From Minisyncoccota bacterium (lineage in GTDB: Bacteria > Patescibacteriota > Minisyncoccia > Phycocordibacterales > CSBR16-193), in contig JBBDRA010000004.1 of NCBI GenBank assembly GCA_040905715.1, forward strand, positions 1-40,662: DNA of 40,662 nucleotides, given 5' to 3'. Position numbers and translations under genes: made by a program. Shown here piece after piece: positions 37,601-40,662 of this stretch (position 1 is the stretch's first letter; each line of letters starts with the position of its first letter). The notes below the pieces were generated by a model. It made no database searches, had not been told where the DNA came from, and saw nothing but the letters and a program-made list of their open reading frames with translations.

Positions 37601-37905
37601 AGGTTTTTGTAGCCTTCCTGGTTTTTAACGAGCAAAACAAGTCGGTGCCACCCTTTGTCCACTCCCGGCTGCTTGTCAGTGCGGGCACGAAGGGCAATGT
37701 GGGCATCCACACCAAGGATCGGCTTGATCTCGTTCTTCTCACATTCTTGGTAGAACTGGATGGCGCCGTACATGTTGCCGGCATCGGTGAGCGCTAAGGC
37801 TTTTTGTCCGTCTGCTTTGGCTGCCGCTACAAGCTCATACACCTTGGGCACGGCCTGAAGGAGAGAGTAGTGGGAGTGGACGTGGAGGTGAGCAAAATCT
37901 GACAT
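34669..37905 (-). CDS. dnaE: DNA polymerase III alpha subunit
   Basis: 1078 aa from ATG 37905 (MSDFAHLHVHSHYSLLQ, PHP domain). The track ORF extends to 38061, but that part overlaps rnhB. Also GFNKAHAASY and a C-terminal OB fold. Confidence 0.93.
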   Translation of the reverse strand: MSDFAHLHVHSHYSLLQAVPKVYELVAAAKADGQKALALTDAGNMYGAIQFYQECEKNEIKPILGVDAHIALRARTDKQPGVDKGWHRLVLLVKNQEGYKNLVKLVTDSFLEGFYYKPRIDYELIEKYHKDLVCISPSFSGDIAKALEHGDTQKAKGLIEWYTKIFGDDFYIEISKHPELSGHDEKMDQLVKLARETNTPIVAAHDVYYLKPDDRRARETLLAVQSSGTGGQVGFDEEEDDFSFLSQAEIKKRFADLPDAVENTQKIVDKCNLDLELGGWVFPEFETKSGKPYDEELKDQAYAGIPRRELKQTNEVVDRLEYELKVIADKGYSVYFLIVGDLLREAHERGIHTTIRGSVAGSLTTYLLGITNVDPLAYKLPFERFLNPERPKAPDIDMDFADDRRDEILDYAREKYGIDKVAQIGTFGTMMARGAVRDVARALGFPYSKGDEISKLIPFGAQGFPMTIQKALEQEPDLKRMYTNDTEAKEILDMAQKIEGCARHISVHAAGVVISPKPLTDYTPLQYDPKGGKLITQFDMHEVEDAGLVKFDFLGIRNLAILSNAVHRVKDLYNIDIDIENIPLDDPKTFDLVAKGETIGLFQLNGEQMTQYLMELKPSTIHDINAMVALYRPGPMESIPSYIERKHNPKKVTYLDPRLKDILDQSYGVITYQDDVLMIAIKLGGYSWLEADKLRKAMGKKIPEEMEAQREKLMKGLLANGLDEKKANKLWELIGPFAGYGFNKAHAASYGRVAYQTGYMKANYPAAFMSAVMTAESGDTEKIAAIVAECSRMGLEVLPPDINESYGDFTVVTDKAGGEKIRFGLYTVKNVGEGISDAIIAERKRGGKFETLADFLTRVEDRNLNRKTLDSLIKAGALDKLGERGQMLANIDYLLKYHKEASDQPEGQDSLFGLMSDQASVPRLTLEESEPADFQEQLTWEKELIGLYISGHPLDSFKDKLEKQKASIADIIESGVKKETVILGALIEEKKEIFTKKGDRMAFIKLGDYTGSIEAVAFPSVYEKLRDKLEPDTCVVIKGTITKRDSVTSIAIDKAKRLRTKDKEEEAEESAIPQEVPS

Positions 37906-37930
37906 GGCTGTATAATACCATATACATCTT

Positions 37931-38590
37931 ATGCCCAAATATCTTATAGGAATTGATGAAGCCGGCCGTGGCCCTCTTGCCGGACCGCTCTCGGTAGCGG
38001 CGGTGTGTGTGCCGGTAGGAGTGAATATTTTGGACATCTGTGAGGGGGTAACTGACTCCAAAAAGCTCTCGCCGGAACGTCGCGAGGAGATCTATCGCGT
38101 ACTTGAAAATGCCCAAATTAAAAATAGCAGACCCCGGAGTTCGGATAAGGCTATGCAACACCGGGTGTTGCATAGGGGCGGGGAGGTATGTATGTACGCG
38201 CATACGCACGTAATGCCGTCGACACTTGACCGGTGGGGTATGACCAAGTCGCTTCAGGTTGCGGTGGCTCGGGTGCTTGGGAAATTGCCGGTCGATCCGA
38301 AGGAAGTAAGAGTGTTGCTCGACGGCTCTTTGAAAGCACCGGCTGAATACGAGAACCAGGAGACGATCATTAAAGGTGACTGCTCTGAGTCGATCATCGG
38401 CGCGGCATCGATCATTGCCAAGGTACGCCGGGACCAGTCAATGGTGCGGTATGCTAAGCAGTATCCCGAATACGGTTTCGAGCAACATAAAGGGTATGGC
38501 ACAGTAGTGCACCGGGCTAGAATCAAAAAATATGGTCCATGTGTCATTCACCGGAAACGTTTTATCAAACGTTTGATCCGGGATCTATGA
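37931..38590 (+). CDS. rnhB: Ribonuclease HII carrying an in-frame palindrome-containing insertion
   Basis: 219 aa. GIDEAGRGPLAGP, DSKKLS, LLDG, IIGAASIIAKVRRD, HKGYG. About 24 extra residues lie between DSKKLS and the LD..G helix. TGA stop. Confidence 0.88.
   Translation: MPKYLIGIDEAGRGPLAGPLSVAAVCVPVGVNILDICEGVTDSKKLSPERREEIYRVLENAQIKNSRPRSSDKAMQHRVLHRGGEVCMYAHTHVMPSTLDRWGMTKSLQVAVARVLGKLPVDPKEVRVLLDGSLKAPAEYENQETIIKGDCSESIIGAASIIAKVRRDQSMVRYAKQYPEYGFEQHKGYGTVVHRARIKKYGPCVIHRKRFIKRLIRDL
38151..38175. repeat. REP-like palindrome, copy 3 (25-nt core) inside the rnhB coding sequence
   Basis: CTATGCAACACC-G-GGTGTTGCATAG is identical to the core of copies 1 and 2. It translates in frame as AMQHRVLHR. 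Confidence 0.95.
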
Positions 38591-38708
38591 AGTCGCCGAA
38601 GGCGGTTGAATTCTTACATCATAGATCGGGCTCTTAATATCTGAGAAAAAGGCTTTTTCCTCTACACAGGTTGCACAATTAGACATTTTAGGCTAAAGTG
38701 ACCGACGT

Positions 38709-38945
38709 ATGGTAGTACGAATGCGAACAACAAAATCGAAGACCGGCATGCGCCGATCTCACCACGCACTTGAAAAGCCGGCAACAACCGTTGACACTGA
38801 CGGTGTGATGCACTACAAGCACCGGGCTACAGCAGAGACCGGTAAGTATCGAGGTCGACAAGTGGTCGATGTTGAGAAAAAGCTTGAAAAAAAGCGGGTG
38901 AAGCAGCAGAAGAAACTTGAGGAGGCAGACTCCGCTTCGGAGTAA
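38709..38945 (+). CDS. rpmF: Ribosomal protein L32 (Cys-free form) with K/E-rich tail
   Basis: 78 aa. MVVRMRTTKSKTGMRRSHHAL and GKYRGRQVV fit the L32 pattern. Confidence 0.8.
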   Translation: MVVRMRTTKSKTGMRRSHHALEKPATTVDTDGVMHYKHRATAETGKYRGRQVVDVEKKLEKKRVKQQKKLEEADSASE

Positions 38946-38970
38946 TATTGTCCTTTCACATTGTTTTGGT

Positions 38971-39864
38971 ATGGCAAATCGGCATCTTTCACGATCAATC
39001 GTGTTGCAGTCTCTCTATGAATGGGATTTCGGCAACAAAAGCCCGGAGGAGGGTGTAGTAATTCTCGACCGTAACGTTGAGGAGTTCGCTCCAGGAATGG
39101 GCGATTATACGTTTATCAAAGCGCTTTTTTCAGGCGTGATAGAAAAACAAAAGGACCTTGATACCATCATTGAAAAGGCCGCGCCGGATTGGCCGATCGA
39201 CAAGATAGCGACCGTCGATCGCAATATTCTGCGCCTTGGCCTCTATGAACTCCTTTTTGGTGATCGTAGCGAGGTTCCCCCGAAAGTAGCTATTAATGAG
39301 GCGATCGAGCTTGCCAAAAGTTTTGGTGGTGATACGTCGAGTAAGTTCGTGAACGGTGTGCTTGGGGCGGTTTATAAAGAAATGGGTGAACCGGGAAAAG
39401 AAGAGACGTCCAAGCGTAAGAATATCGATCCAAATGCAAAGTTGCCGGAGAAAACTCTTTGTGGCGCTGTTGTGTATGCTCGAGATAACGACAAGCTGTA
39501 CTTAGCACTCGTTCACGATATCTTTGGTCACTGGACACTCAGTAAAGGCCGAATCCAGGAAGGAGAGGAGAAGGAAGACGGTGTAAAGCGTGAAGTGAAG
39601 GAAGAGATCGGTCTTGATGTTGATGTGCAGACCAAGCTCGGAGAAAACAGCTATGTTGCTTCTGATCCGGAGATAGGAAAACTGCGAAAGAACGTAACAT
39701 ACTTCCTCGCTGAGTCACCATACACTGAGGTTAAACTTGCCGAATCTGGCGGACTCGATGATGCCCGATGGTTTACGCTCGACGAAGTGGCCGACTTGAA
39801 CTTTTACGACGATATCGTGCCGCTTATCACCAAAGCAGTGAGCATACTCCAAGAAGATAAATAA
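38971..39864 (+). CDS. nusB: NusB antitermination factor fused to a C-terminal Nudix hydrolase domain
   Basis: 297 aa from ATG 38971. NusB part: RSIVLQSLYEWDF, DRNILRLGLYELLF, VAINEAIELAKSFGGDTSSKFVNGVLG. Nudix box: GRIQEGEEKEDGVKREVKEEIGL, which fits Gx5Ex7REUxEExGU exactly. Confidence 0.85.
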   Translation: MANRHLSRSIVLQSLYEWDFGNKSPEEGVVILDRNVEEFAPGMGDYTFIKALFSGVIEKQKDLDTIIEKAAPDWPIDKIATVDRNILRLGLYELLFGDRSEVPPKVAINEAIELAKSFGGDTSSKFVNGVLGAVYKEMGEPGKEETSKRKNIDPNAKLPEKTLCGAVVYARDNDKLYLALVHDIFGHWTLSKGRIQEGEEKEDGVKREVKEEIGLDVDVQTKLGENSYVASDPEIGKLRKNVTYFLAESPYTEVKLAESGGLDDARWFTLDEVADLNFYDDIVPLITKAVSILQEDK

Positions 39865-39898
39865 AACGAAGAGAAAGAAAATTTAATCATACTACGCC

Positions 39899-40594
39899 AT
39901 GGAACGAGATTTTACTCAGTTTGAGGAGAAGGCGGGAGTGACGTTTCAGGATAAATCGCTTCTTCAGCAGGCGTTCACACACCGCTCCTACATAAATGAG
40001 CACAAACGTTCAGGGGCCGCTCATAACGAGCGACTTGAATTTTTGGGTGACGCGGTTCTCGAGCTTGTGATCACTGATTTTTTGTACAAGAAATATCCGG
40101 ATAAGCCGGAAGGGGAGTTGACCTCTTACCGAGCGGCATTGGTGAACGCGCAGACCTGTTCGGATGTTGCCGGTGAGCTTAACTTGAATGACTTTCTTTT
40201 GCTCTCAAAAGGGGAGTCGAAAGACACCGGTCGAGCTCGACAGTATATTTTGGCTGACATGCTCGAGGCGGTTATTGGTGCGATCTATCTTGATCAGGGA
40301 TACGACAAGGCGCGTGATTTTATTGCAGCGCATCTTTCGCCACGCATTGATGAGATCGTAGAAAAAGGGAACTGGATCGATGCCAAGAGTCGTTTCCAGG
40401 AAATGGCCCAAGAGCATGCCGGGATTACACCGGTTTATCAGGTGGTAGAGGAAAGTGGTCCGGATCACGACAAGCGATTCGTGGTCGGTGTATTCCTTGC
40501 TGATGAGCAGGTTGCCCTTGGGGAAGGAAATTCAAAACAGGAGGCGGAGCAGAAGGCGGCAGAGCGAGGGTTGGAGGAGAAGGGGTGGAATTGA
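39899..40594 (+). CDS. rnc: Ribonuclease III
   Basis: 231 aa. HRSY, NERLEFLGDAVLELVI, EAVIGAIYLD, C-terminal dsRBD (KSRFQEMAQ...GEGNSKQEAEQKAA). TGA stop followed two codons later by TAA. Confidence 0.92.
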   Translation: MERDFTQFEEKAGVTFQDKSLLQQAFTHRSYINEHKRSGAAHNERLEFLGDAVLELVITDFLYKKYPDKPEGELTSYRAALVNAQTCSDVAGELNLNDFLLLSKGESKDTGRARQYILADMLEAVIGAIYLDQGYDKARDFIAAHLSPRIDEIVEKGNWIDAKSRFQEMAQEHAGITPVYQVVEESGPDHDKRFVVGVFLADEQVALGEGNSKQEAEQKAAERGLEEKGWN

Positions 40595-40639
40595 GTTTAA
40601 TGTGTAGGGTTAGGTGGTAGTGGATAGTTAGTGAAATCC

Positions 40640-40662
40640 CGCCGTTCGCACAGCGAACGGCG
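40640..40662. repeat. GC-rich hairpin at the window edge (terminator-like; downstream sequence not visible)
   Basis: CGCCGTTCGC-ACA-GCGAACGGCG, a perfect 10-bp stem. Confidence 0.6.

Noticed and set aside
37906-38061. N-terminal 52-aa extension of the dnaE ORF overlapping rnhB
   Set aside because: The canonical PHP-domain start MSDFAHLHVHSHYS begins at ATG 37905 with a -10 box just upstream. The extension has no homology and would overlap the rnhB start.

Overview
Gene-dense 40.7-kb window, mid-GC by eye, standard genetic code, almost entirely housekeeping genes. Content and style suggest a reduced, probably CPR/Patescibacteria-like bacterium (inference): split transketolase, a gap-rpiB-rpe-tkt pentose-phosphate operon, class II RNR, DKNYY/DUF1761/DUF192 small proteins, almost no Shine-Dalgarno sequences and trimmed housekeeping proteins. 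Gene order: RibD_C/DHFR-like, MazG-like, DKNYY, DUF1761, DUF192, nrdJ, two giant envelope proteins (6176-8701 and 8830-14028), gap, rpiB, rpe-like, small coiled-coil ORF, tkt N and C subunits, PfkB kinase (-), rplY, coiled-coil lytic transglycosylase, rpmE, prfA, rpsB, tsf, membrane ORF, tRNA-Thr(UGU), RAYT-type Y1 transposase (-), pheS, pheT, small Cys-rich acidic ORF (-), gyrB, thrS (-), orphan ORF, dnaE (-), rnhB, rpmF, nusB-Nudix fusion, rnc. No rRNA, CRISPR array, reverse transcriptase or recognisable defence or toxin-antitoxin genes were seen. Main items for a second look: (1) A 1732-aa, signal-anchored, phage-tail-fibre-like protein with two inserted 7-bladed propellers. It has an internal Peptidase_S74-type self-cleaving chaperone domain followed by a 157-aa polyacidic tail, and sits next to an 861-aa polytopic Ig-repeat protein. 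(2) A REP/RAYT-like system: a Y1 transposase bracketed by identical 29-nt perfect palindromes, with a third copy inserted in frame inside rnhB. Other short palindromic or GC-rich repeat families occur too, one embedded in frame in rpiB. (3) A NusB-Nudix fusion immediately upstream of RNase III. (4) A PheS reduced to its catalytic core next to the mobile element. (5) Perfect DnaA boxes upstream of nrdJ and gyrB, and a consensus-promoter small Cys-rich gene divergent from gyrB. (6) Window-wide traits: leaderless-style promoters, TGA-poor and TAG-rich stop usage, and K/S/A-rich tails on NrdJ and GyrB. All functional calls rest on motif recognition by eye; no database searches were run.
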